From Camelus ferus (lineage: Eukaryota): a stretch of DNA of 64,000 nucleotides. The stretch's first letter is position 1; the number at the start of each line of letters is the position of its first letter. Of the stretch, positions 52,502 through 64,000 are shown piece after piece. Where the stretch lies: assembly GCF_009834535.1 (NCBI RefSeq), contig NC_045697.1, positions 65,102,001-65,166,000 of the forward strand. Direction: 5' to 3'. The notes under the pieces were generated by a model that made no database searches, was not told where the DNA came from, and saw only the letters and a program-made list of their open reading frames with translations. A program made the translations under genes and the position numbers.

Positions 52502-54868
52502 GTGTGTAGCAATTTTTGCTTTTGTGTTCCTTTGCATCAACTATAGCTAGCTGTTTTTCAATATTTTTGCTTAATGAAGTCAAAAGGCATATAAACAAAA
52601 TTTCTCCTTGCAAATGAATCTCATCCAGCTGCATTCAAGTATGAAAGAGCTCTCAGAAAAAAATACCCATTAATTTTCGTTTCAAAAATACTTCGTAAAG
52701 TGGTTCACAGGCCCTTGTTAATGGCTTGCCTAATGTCCTCTGGATCACCATATGCTGTCATCACAAAATATCAGGTCCATAGAGAAATGGCCCTCTGGCT
52801 TTTTAGGATAAGTTGTTGGGAAAATATCACTAAGTCAAATCAGGTAATTCCATATCCTTAATCAAGTACTTCTGTGATTTGATGGCATAAAAAATGTTTT
52901 TAATGCTTTGTACAACAACTAGTAGAATTGGTAATAGACGATGGAGAGAATGTCTGGGTGGATGTGAGTGAACTGGAGGAATCTACTGAATGAACTGGGT
53001 GAACTTCCACCTGTCCAACTCCAGTAGAAAACAATATAGTCTGGTAAGCAGGGTGTATCATAGTGAACTACTCTGGCCCTAGTTTAAACCAGAGATGAAG
53101 GGCTGCTCTGTGCAGGAAGGAAAAAATAATCGGGGTCTAGTGAAAGGATAGACCAAAGTATGCTGAACAGCAAGGACCACATCATCAGTAAGGAGAGCAT
53201 TCCTCCTGTAATGAACCTTGTAATGAAAGCGTGAGCCAAACCTGGAGAGAACCAAAGGGGTCTTCCAGGAGAAAAGTCTATCTTATTCTCTTTAATATGT
53301 GATGTTTATGTAGTCATCTTACTACTTCATTCTTCTTTGTCAGGCAGAAATACATCGCTTAAATTAGATATTTTACTTTTTCTAACATTAGTAGATGAAT
53401 TCTGTTTGATCCCCTTTTCTACAGAATCTGAATTCGGTTCTTTTTTTCTTATCATCTAGACTTGGAGAACTTGGTTTCCATGCTTCTGTTTACAGTTATT
53501 TCTGGACAATATATATTCTGTTCTCACTTCTGAGATACTGTTAATTGTCTTGTATTAGAATTTACTCTTGTGATGGGATACTCAGAGCCTTTGTAGCCAT
53601 TCCAAGTTCCATGGTGCCCTGGAAATCTGCGATTCTCCTTCCTTGCTAAGATTCCTAATTTCAAGGATTTTACCTTTAGTTTTCACTGGTGCTCCTTGTT
53701 CATTTTTCTGGACTCACTCTATCTAGTTTAGAAGATATTAATAAGAATTACCAAGATCCTGTTAGCTAACCTTTCCACATTTCTGTGAGAAGAGAGAGTA
53801 ATAGTACTCTGGTACAGCTTTTATAATTACTCTTAATTTCATTTTTTCTTTCTTTACAAAGTTAAGCTAATTAAAACATCACTTATTTTTGCATTTTCCT
53901 GTTTGTCTGCTCTTTTTCTTTTTCTTTTTTCTTTTCTTTTTTTTTTTTTTTTTGGTCTGTTCTTCAAACCCAAGAGAGGCAGAAATGCTTTAATCAAAAC
54001 TATGGCTTCAAATATGTACTCGTATACAGACGAACACTCATATATATTGCTTAGCATCATGCCCATACTGTATATGTAAGATCTCTCTCTATATTTTGAT
54101 CATCTACACAGAAGTAAGACAGAGCAATGAAAATATCTGGGAAAAAACAAAACACAACACGATTAGTCTACTTAGCCCTAAGGCAACCTGGTTCAAATCT
54201 ACCTACATTTGGTAGGTACAATAACTTATTGCCACATTATGATCCATGATGTGTCATCTGGGACTTGACTTTGGACTTATTTCTGTATCAGATGAACTAG
54301 TAAGGCAAGGTGGCTGATGTCTTTGAAGAAAAACATACTTATTATTAAAAACTAAAAAGGATACTCCAGTGATTAAAAAATCTTTTGCTGTTGACATTTC
54401 TAAAAATACTAGTTATGCTTGGACATAAGAATGGCATGAAATTGCCTAAAAATTACTCGATTTTTAATTTGCTTAGCCAAGAAAAATAAAAAGAAGGGAT
54501 GAGAAAGTTATAGCTAAGCCAGGCTCTACATATGCATATGTGATATATATAAAATACACATACATATAACATATATGTATAAATCTTTATCACATTATTG
54601 TTAAGCATGAAATTGAAGTAACTAAATGGAAGTTAGAAGTAAAGAAAGCACCTTTAATATTTAATATTCTCAAAACGTTGCTGAAGTTCAGATGGGAAAT
54701 TATATATATAATTGCTTACCTGGCAGGATTGATACGAGGATTACCATTTATGTGACAGAAACATTTCTAAACCATTTTGACCTTCTTAAGGTAAGGTTGT
54801 AGTATTGATTAGAGAATAACATCTGCTTTCCTTTTAACCCCAATCTGAATTCAGATTTCTTTTCACAG

Positions 54869-54907
54869 CGATAGAGGAAGTTGTTATAATGAAATGGATT
54901 CTAATAA
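54869..54907 (+). other. Candidate 39-nt exon, preceded by a 78-nt GT-AG intron (54791-54868)
   Basis: AAG|gtaagg ... ttttaac ... ttcttttcacag|CGATAG...AATAA|gtaagc. Confidence 0.45.
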
Positions 54908-55218
54908 GTAAGCAGATGGTCTTGAGAGGTGGTATGGATGATCTTGAGAAGAGTTTTATAACCTTCTTCTATTTGTTGAGTTTAAAAAAAAAATCTGTAT
55001 TTATTGTGGATAACTTTATGTTTATTGACCCCATATGCTAATACTATGTAAACACATAATGTTACATATTTAGTTAATATTCCATGCACTGAACTTCTCA
55101 GTGAGTTAAAAGATTTAAAACAAGTCATCATACCTCATCCATATATTGCTCATATTTGAGATTTTCAGCAAGGGTTCTAAAAAATGTAAAGGTTTTTGAC
55201 TTGCCATGTGAAGATATT

Positions 55219-55240
55219 TATATATATATATATATATATA
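55219..55240. repeat. (TA)11 microsatellite
   Basis: Read directly from the sequence. Confidence 0.95.
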
Positions 55241-55559
55241 GTTATGTTTACTTGTTATGTATATATTTGTGTGTCACTTATTAAAGAGTTTTTCTGTATT
55301 GGAGGTTTTTGCTTGTTTTCAGTCAATGTTTTTTAGTATATATGTATGTATTCCCTTTACTATCGCTAGAAATTCATACCTGTGACTGCCTATAGCTTGG
55401 AGATATTGCGTATCCTACCTGTTAACTCCATATGGGCACAAAAAGTTACTAGATATTTTGATTACTTCTTAATCATTCTTAATCATAACTTATTTAATTC
55501 ACCCATTTTCAATATTTAAAGGTGGGGAATAAATACCATGTAATCATGTATTTCATTAT

Positions 55560-55980
55560 ATTTTATATTTATTAAATTATAATTTACATACAATATTAGT
55601 TTCAGTTGTACAACATAGTGATTCAATATTTTTATACAATATAAAATGATCACCATGGTAAGTCTAGTTACATATATCATCATACAGTTATTATAATATT
55701 ATTGACTATATTCTCTATATTGCACCTTATATCCCCATGACGTTTATTTTATAGCTAGGTGTTTTAACTCTTAATCCCCTTCACCTATTTCTCCCATCTC
55801 CCCATCCTCCTCCCCTCTGACAACCACCAGTTTGTTCTCTGTATCTGTGTCACTTTCTGTTTTGTTATGTTTGTTCACTTCTTTTGTTTTTTAGATTCCA
55901 TATATAAGTGAATCATATGGTATTTGTCTTCCTCTGTCTGACTTACTTCACTTAGCATAATACCCTCTAGGTCTATCCAC
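55560..55980 (-). mobile_element. L1 3' UTR (laurasiatherian L1MA-like)
   Basis: gtttcagttgtacaacatagtgattcaatattt, cccctctgacaaccaccagtttgttctctgtatct, ttagattccatatataagtga, cacttagcataataccctctagg. Confidence 0.9.
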
Positions 55981-56724
55981 TATTTGAAGGGTAATTATGA
56001 GCCAGCATGTGATAAAGCATATCGTGAGATTAGGGAGAAGAAGTGGGGAAGAACATCAAAAAAACGATAAAATATTGACAAGTACTGATGTAGCTCTCCA
56101 GAAGATTAAATTCCATGGTAAAGACCGGATCCAAGATAAATAATTATAAAAACAATGTTACCATAATAGAAATGTGTATAAGTAAAATGAGCATTTTTGT
56201 GAAAAGAAATGGGATAGATTCTACTTACATAGCAATTAAAAGGCATACGGAGATATGGGTTTTCTACATGCCAGAGGTAATTGGGCATTCTAAGCAGAGG
56301 GAGATGTACACAAATAATACAAATAAAGAAAGTTATTTGAAGGTAAAAGCAAATAGTTGTGGGGGCAGGAGTTAGACGTTAAGGAACCAGGGTGGTAGAT
56401 TGAGGCCATTGTATGAATAATTATTACATCAGGACAATACAGGCTCCTCACAGAAGTTAGTCACATGTGTTTTAGAAAAGTCAGTCCTGTAGACAATATA
56501 GAGGATTTGCTGACAGATTAGCAAGGGAGAGTGATACCCAGTGTATTATTAATTAGCTTCTCATGAAAAACAATTTATGGTTGAATGCAATTGGGAAATT
56601 GTCAGTCAACATATATAAGCATCTTTAGAAGGCTGACTGATGGATGACCTGGTATTTTAATATGTGAATATGCACTGTGAAGTGTATATGCACAGCACAC
56701 ACTTATATACTTAACGATGTCTTC

Positions 56725-56860
56725 ATCATTATCTTCACCTATTTAGCTGTAGGAAAAAATATATGTAAGTTGCTCAAAGACACAAAGCTAATTCAGTAAT
56801 GGAGCTGGGAGTCTAATCCATATCTGTTTAACTCGAAAGTTTCTAATCACTATGCTAGAC
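56725..56860 (-). mobile_element. MIR fragment
   Basis: gtaagttgctcaaagacacaaagctaattcagtaatggagctggga. Confidence 0.65.
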
Positions 56861-57279
56861 CCATTTCACTGAAAAAAAAAAGTTTAGTGGCTATTTGTAG
56901 GCAATGGCAGAGAAATGGGGGATACTTCAAGAGTGATCAGAATGTAATACCAACAGGATTTGTTACATGCTGGATTCTGGCCTCTTAACAAATAGCTTTC
57001 ATGAGGTAAATTAATCTCTGGAATCAGCCATGCTTATGAACACATACATGCCTTATTCTGAAAAAAAGATTTCCAACATTTGCTTCAAATTCTCAGAGAA
57101 ATCTGAAACCATTAGCAGATGAAGACTCACTGCTAGTGGACCAAAGACAGATGTCTGAGGTAGATTAGTAGATCCGCAGGAGGGAAAAAGGACATGAGGG
57201 AGACAATAATTGAGAAAGCAACGTTCCAGAAGTCAAAGCAACAGGGGAGCTACAAAACAGCACGGAGATGAAGAGCACA

Positions 57280-57490
57280 GATACTGGAGGAGTCAGACTA
57301 CATGGGCACAAAGCCTGTCTTACCAGTAACTAAGATTTTGGTTAGATTATTTAACCCTTTAATAAAATATTTCCACATTTATAATTTAAATACAGATAGT
57401 AACATACTTGATAGGGTACTAATGAACATCAAATGATTTTAAACAATTTAGTTACTTAGAGAAGGGCCCGAAACAAGGGAAGTGTTGTTT
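57280..57490 (+). mobile_element. MIR SINE (degenerate)
   Basis: tggaggagtcagactacatggg...ttatttaacc...acttagaga. Confidence 0.55.
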
Positions 57491-57691
57491 CAGTGTATAT
57501 CATGAACAAGGATCTTCCCTGGGGATTTATATTTGCTTTTTAGACTTCACAGTAACCCATGAGTCTCATCATGTAGTGGTAAAGCTATTGTTAAAACTAA
57601 GTGGACCCACGGTTCTCTTTGGCTTTTAAACTCAAGCTCTTTTAACTATACCATATGTCATGACAATATCAAAAAAGAGAGGATTTTTAAC

Positions 57692-57872
57692 AAGGACCTA
57701 CTGTATAGCACAGGGAACTATGTTCAATTTCTTGTAATGAGCTGTAATGGGAAAGAATCTGAAATATATGTTATATAAATGTATGTATATGTATAACTGA
57801 ATCACTTTGCTGTACATGTGAAACTAACATTGTAAATTGACTACACTTCAATAAAAATAAGAATTAAGAAAT
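57692..57872 (+). mobile_element. Short L1 3'-end insertion with an approximately 21-bp target-site duplication
   Basis: aaggacctactgtatagcacagggaacta...ctacacttcaataaaaa, flanked by aaaaaagagaggatttttaac (57671-57691) and aaaaaagagaggatgttcaac (57873-57893). Confidence 0.92.
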
Positions 57873-60172
57873 AAAAAAGAGAGGATGTTCAACTTGCATA
57901 GGCTTGCTGAATTCTATAGAGGAAGGATAGTGAAACATAGGAAGCTATTAGATCACAGTTTCTTATTGAAGGGCATAAGGTCACAAAATAATGATTTCAG
58001 GATAATGGACTTGGTTGATGGCAGATTATAGCAGAAGGTAAGCACATAGAAACAATACAAATTAAACTCAGAATGTTTCACATTAAAAGGTCAGAAGGAT
58101 AGGGCAATACCTATGAATATTTTTTTCCTGTGGCATTTGTGTGTTTGCATACAGTGTGAGCGTGTTTGTGTATGTATGTTTAACATTTCTATTCTTTTCT
58201 ATGTTTGGAAAATGAGTGGGGCTTGAACATTCTAGAATGTTCAGGGGAAGGAACCATTGTGAAGAAAAATGATATAAGAGAAAGAATGAAAAATTTGGGA
58301 TAAAAAATTATCTTCAAAGACATTTCTAAAAATAGGGAGAGATGCCTTGTCTCCTAAAATAGCAGGAAAGTTACTGTTGTAAGTGCTTTATGAAAATCAA
58401 TTCACGCAATTGTTTAACAGTATTTTTGGGGTAGCTGTTGGTACTAACAGGATAGTGAAGTACAGTGGCAGTGCTGGGACTTCTTACACTTTCATAGTTG
58501 GACTCTAAAATCCATGTACCTACTGACTCCCAGGCACTGCCTCTCTGCCTAAACCCCAGTCTGGGCAATGGTAAGTGGGAAGCTGGTTCAGCATCTCTGT
58601 ATGTTTCAGAATGTAGGTGTCTGAAGAAAGAGAAATGAAAGGAAACTGAAACATATATAGGAGCAAGTGAAAAATGGGGAGGGGCAGGAGCCAAAACAGG
58701 AGACAGAAAATGAGTAGAAGATTCTAGAAAGAAATTGGCTTAGAGAAAGGAAAAGAAATGAAGACAAATGCAAACTACATTAGATGCTGAATTAAGTGTG
58801 CTATTAAAATTAAACTACTTTAGTCATATCCAGCTCATTTATTTTTAGAATAAGTTATCCCATTATTAGGTTTGAAATTTAGTCTATTTCTTTTAAAATT
58901 AACTTCTATGAGTAGCTTCAACTATCTTTTAAAAACTCATCCACTCATCTGCAGTATTCCTGTCACTTTATGGAGTAGTTGCACAGAAAACATGAAATTA
59001 CGTTGAGAAAGATCTGTGTGGAAATATTGTAAGGATAAAGACTGAATAAAAATTACAAACTACTAAATTTAGACACTTCATCAAAAATCCTTTAATTACC
59101 CTAAATATTTTGTATCTTTCTAAAATTACACCTGTCTTTCAAGTGTAATATTGTGCTTTCCATTGGAGATTTTTAAAATTACTTGGAAAAAACAAGAATA
59201 TAAATGTTATCATAAATTCCTTAATAATAAATTTGCTCTTAAAAATTAACTACTTAGTTTAAATAAATTTCTATTCCCATAGAAAAAATGAAGTACAGTT
59301 TTAGACTTTAAAAAATCAATTTCATTTATATAATTGAGAGTATGGCTTTTTAAAAAATAAGTAGGTACTTTATTTTCAGGCTACCCTATATTTAAATGTG
59401 AAATTCATTAGAACATGATAAATTACCATTTGGTGTTGCTATGTTCAATAAAAAGTTTTGTAAGAAGAGAATACTGATCAAATGTAAATATTTGTTTTTA
59501 TTTTTATTTTCTACTCTGTTCTTCACTTAAGGAGTGAAAATTTTAGTTTTCATTCATTACTAGAAAGAGAAAAGAATAAAAAAAAAAGGAAATTCTTCAC
59601 TATACTAGTTTAACTAAGGATTCCAGTGGTCATACTGCTTTGAATATTAAAAAATGTATAATTTCCATAATATCCAGGTGTTTTTTTCCCTTTAGTGATG
59701 GTTTCAAATTTTCTTTGAGTAACATGCAGCAACATGAATGTTACCTTTTGAAATTTCTCTTATCTTGGTTAATAAAAGGAAGAACGTAATGAGTATTTAT
59801 TTACCCTTTCTTTTTCTTCTTGTTTTTTAAGAAAACATAACTGAAAAACAGAACATCTAAATTTCAATCAACAGATACATAAAAAACATCCTTTATACCA
59901 AGAGGTTTTTTTAATTTCAGCTCAGTACTTCCTGTGGCTAAAGCCTTTTACAAAATGTACCTTCCTGATCAGGGTCTTATGTAGAGCATTTCAAGGTCAA
60001 CAGTTAAAACACCTTTCATCCATGGCCTCAGGTTAAACCATGGTACATTTAGTGTGAAAGGGATTGCAAACCTAAATGAAGAGGGTTTTATCTAGTAAAT
60101 GAAATCATTGTCACAAAATACTTGGGGACTTCAAAATGAGTAGCATTTGTCATCCTCTGAGGCTTCCTGTAG

Positions 60173-60225
60173 CATAGTGTCTCTGCCCCAAGAGTTATGT
60201 ATCACCATATTGGGCACCAATCAAG
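60173..60225 (+). other. Candidate exon ending in a consensus donor (start uncertain; may be a first exon)
   Basis: CAAG|gtgagt at 60226, with a possible acceptor cttcctgtag at 60172. Confidence 0.35.
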
Positions 60226-60244
60226 GTGAGTTTTTCTTGCTTAC

Positions 60245-60277
60245 TTCTTGCTGAGAATTCCTTGCTGCTAACTCCAT
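60245..60277 (-). other. Candidate 33-nt exon (phase 0: MELAARNSQQE)
   Basis: Minus strand tattttttctttttaatag|ATGGAG...CAAGAA|gtaagc. Confidence 0.35.
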
Positions 60278-61245
60278 CTATTAAAAAGAAAAAATACAGT
60301 ATTTACTGTTAATACGGAAATTAAAGCAAAAAAACAAGTAGTTATTAGAAAATGGCACCTCCTGTGTGTACCCAGACATGACACTAGGTGTTTGTACCCA
60401 CTATATCAGTCCCTTAGCAGTTTTGTAGAACATCTCCTTATTTCTTAGTTAGCAAATGGGATAAAGACATTGTATGGGATAGGGCTTCTTTGGGGAGTAT
60501 AATCTGATTACATAACAAGCATAGAACACTAACAGAATTTTATTACATTAAATATCCTACAGTTTTCACTGTTCAGTACAAATTATTTTTTTCTTGAAGA
60601 ATGACATGTAATCATTAGACTGTGCAATGTTGGAGGATACTAAACAAGGACATGTCGACAGTTTACTGAAAATAATTATTTTATTTATTTAGGATACCAA
60701 TGCTCTTTGTTAAAAAATAAAAGATAAAAGTTTTAATTACTCAGGGACTAAGTAGTTAGCTAATCAGTTGTTCAGATAATACTTTATTCCAGATTTGCCT
60801 TTAACTTTCAGTAAAGTGGTATTGTTACTTGCTATGTTTCATCCGGAGTAGAAATAGAAAGAAAGATGAAACTAGTTAATATCAGCTTGTTTGGCTCTGT
60901 GTTTGGTGAGAGAAAATGTTGACACTGGATTAAAGTAAAGCTGTTATTTATTTTGAGTTGTTATGCATCCATCATTAGTTTTCACTAATGAAAAGTTAGC
61001 TGCAGTTTACCCACCAAGAGATCAATTCCATTTTAAGAGCAATTTATAAAGCTTGGAGACAACTGTGACTATAAAATAGTACAATTCATCAAGTCTTAAG
61101 AGTGGACAAACAAAATTGACTAATCAAAATCTAATTTCACCACTGGCCCCAAAAAAGAGTAAGTTAAGACTTCCAAGAGCCTCTTTTTTGTTGGATTAGG
61201 TCCCTGCCTTTCTTACTATCCTCTGTTTCCCTCTACTGTGTCCAG

Positions 61246-61380
61246 CATAGTGGTATAATGTCAACGGAAAGCTAAAAATCCTAGGAGAGGACTAACATAA
61301 AGAAGCTCAGTTACAGGAAAGACAAGCAACAACTCTATACAAAATTTGCATGGAGGGTAAAAAATCTGCACCACATTCTC
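61246..61380 (+). other. Candidate 135-nt non-coding/UTR exon
   Basis: About 40-nt pyrimidine tract ending tgtccag|, donor CTC|gtaagt, purine-rich body. Stops occur in all three incoming frames. Confidence 0.45.
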
Positions 61381-64000
61381 GTAAGTTCTTATCCCCAAAG
61401 CAGAAAACACAGATTTAATTTTGCTTTGTTTTACAATATGTGAGTTATCCAGCTCAAGAAGGAGTTGAGTGTGTATTAAGTAAATCAGAAAGAATGTGGA
61501 GAGAGCCCTTGTGTCCATCATGAATTTTTTTATATTAAACAATGATTTCCAAACTACGTTCCAATGTATATTCTTAGGTATATACAAGTTTCCATGAGAT
61601 TTTACTTTTAAATTCTTTCAAGGAGTACACAACATCTTTACTGAAACCTATATACATACACACACTGGAAGAACAAGAACACAGTCTTTTAGCCTAGTAC
61701 CTCCATGCATTTTTAGTCCCTCCATTTTCTTCTGAGTTGGCACCAAGCGAAGAATAAGAGTATTTGTTTGTCAGTTTGGGTTTCTCAAACTGGCATCCAA
61801 GAACGTATTCTTGAGACCTCAAAGGTTTTAACTTTGAAACACTGGTGTAGATGATCCTTAATTAACCAATTGCTGTCAGTGGTTCTGTGACGGTAGTAAG
61901 ACCTGGGTGAACTGCTGAACATAAAACAGCAGGAAAATAATTTGCATTTGGGTTGTCATCATACTCTCCATGTTCACATCTTTCTCCTTTTATAAGATAT
62001 ACTCTTAAAAATAACTTAAAGGGCAGAGCACAGCCAGCCAAGCTGGATTCAACCTGGCTTCCCTAGCCTCACCTGTCCTGCAGCTGCTCTTCCCTAATGG
62101 CCAGTAATACAAGCCCAAAGCTGCAATAATTCTCTCAAATGGTCCCATTGCCTTTACCTTCCTTTCTTCCTATCAGCTCCAGATGGTCTCTCTCTCTCTT
62201 CTTTTTTTTTTTCTGTATAAAATCCAAAACTTGGTAATTGTTTTAAGAAAGACATTAAAAGGTAGTAAATTAGAAACAGTGTAGGGAATATAATTAAGAA
62301 CATGATCCTGAACTCAGCTTGCCTATGTTCAGATTCTTTGCTCTGCCACTTAATTTTGTGACATTAGATTCACAAACCGTATTATTAGATAATTTAAATT
62401 GTGAAATTTTAATCATATTTAATATTTACAAGTAATTTAATTTGAAACCAAAATTAAGAGATTTTTTTTAAGGTAAAGCTTGAGTGCAATGTTATATTAC
62501 AATTACGACCATGTCTTCATGATAAAAGAAATGGTATGAGGTTACCCAGGCTAAACTGATGGTCTGTTCTAATATCCCCATGACATTTTTCTTTTCAAGC
62601 CTAACAGATGACTTTTATTTTAATTTTATTAGGCATAAAATGAAATCTTAAAATTCTATAAAAAGTACAAAGGAATCCTCCTGTTTGCATAAAGATATTA
62701 ACAACATCATTTTATCTCAAGATCATTAAACATTCCCATGCATGTGCTACTGTAGCACAGATTCTCATTACTGAAAAAGAGAAGACCAATAGATGGTCAG
62801 GACTTTAGTTTTATATAACTTTTCTGATCACAAATAGGCAAAAACTATACTATCAAATGTAGGTTTAAAATGGAATTGCATCTATTAATACTAAAGAAAA
62901 CTTAAAGCGGTATGCAGCCAACCTTTTATATTAAGGGAAAAAACTCATAAAACATAAGAATTGTGATAACTTTTTAATTATACAATATATTTATTGGAGT
63001 TGTTTGTATTTTTTAAAAGAAAAGTTTAAGAGAAAATAAATCAATAGTTATTCTATATTTAGATACAGGCCCATTAACAATTAATATTTGAGGTATTTTT
63101 GTAGTCTTTTAAAATTTACTCACAAAACACAAAATTCTGAAAAAGATTACCTTTCTATTTGTCAAAATGACTAGAGCATTCTTTTAAAAGCTTCTTATAT
63201 AATTTTAATAGTCTTATTGGAAGTATTACAGATGTTTATCTAAAACTATTTCACTAGACAACAGAAAAATTTGTGTCTTAGAAGAGAATTTAAATTCAAA
63301 AGACATGTTAAGTAATTAAAACATCACAAATGTTAATAGTATTATTTAACAACATATTTCTATTATAAGGAAGATAGATACTTAGTAGAAAGCATTTATG
63401 AAGGAACTGACATTTACTTTTGATAATGGATTTGCAAAATGGAAAAGAATTAGGAAACTTGGCTTCTTTTTTCATAACAAAAAAGAAAACTTTAAAAAGT
63501 TTTTGTGTTTTCAACTCTGGAGGAATGTATTTGTTTATATATTTCTGATACTTCAGGACTTAAATTTATAAGCAGGAAATATGTAAAATATATTATCCAG
63601 TAAAATGGATAGCATCCTAATTATTCTCTTTGGCTGTAAGGCATTTATTTATTCAGAAGAAGGATAATCCTACTGGCAATATACATAGCATTGTTTTATC
63701 CCTTTCTGTTTTCCTCTGAGAGATGAATTTTGTTTCTGAAAGTACCAAGGTAATAAAGATAACAGTAAGGGCTCAAAGTTAGGAATATTGGCTCAGACTA
63801 TGTCAAACATTTAGTTAAGGTAATGTAGTGACATAAAAAGTGAAACATAACTTATTATCAAAAAAAAAAAAAGCAACTTGTTGATGACCATTTTTACCTA
63901 ATTAGAATGTCTTTTGCAGGTTTATCATCTGGCAATGCTTAGGTATTTCCCTTAAATAATTTGTAATTAAAAGTAGAATGAGAATTAAGTATAAATTAAG

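Noticed and set aside
52437..52634. 65-aa minus ORF MQLDEIHLQG...
   Set aside because: No recognisable homology, promoter or splice context, and the length is within chance.
1..64000. CRISPR arrays, prokaryotic defence systems, tRNA/rRNA genes, processed pseudogenes
   Set aside because: No repeat-spacer arrays, no gene-dense ORF structure, and no recognisable structural RNA or retrocopy were seen. The DNA is mammalian non-coding.

Overview
AT-rich, CpG-poor mammalian (eutherian) genomic DNA. It is not prokaryotic: there are no operons, CRISPR arrays, rRNA or tRNA genes. A large part of the window is decayed interspersed repeats (L1, HAL1, L2, MIR, MLT1 LTRs, MER3/33, MER5, MER63 and Tigger-like DNA transposons) plus microsatellites. 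The youngest L1 3' ends look cetartiodactyl, probably camelid, and I saw no Alu, B1/B2, Bov-A/BovB, PRE-1 or Can-SINE (species is an inference). No long protein-coding ORF is present, and the supplied ORFs are L1 remnants, microsatellite read-through or chance ORFs. The window reads like the interior of a very large gene, probably on the + strand, which I cannot name. The most interesting signals are splice-site defined: (1) a candidate 6-nt microexon GATTAT at 7757-7762 with neural-microexon hallmarks; (2) a candidate minus-strand three-exon transcript (about 41.4k to 37.0k) with a CpG-enriched, germline-type promoter and a possible 43-aa small ORF; (3) a chain of + strand non-coding-looking exons from 52.4k to 63.9k, including a 78-nt intron with a palindrome over a decoy AG; (4) a young L1 carrying an apparent 3' transduction, nested in an old L1. 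All exon calls are predictions by eye and need RNA-seq or conservation checks. Repeat family names come from recalled consensus features, not from a database search.
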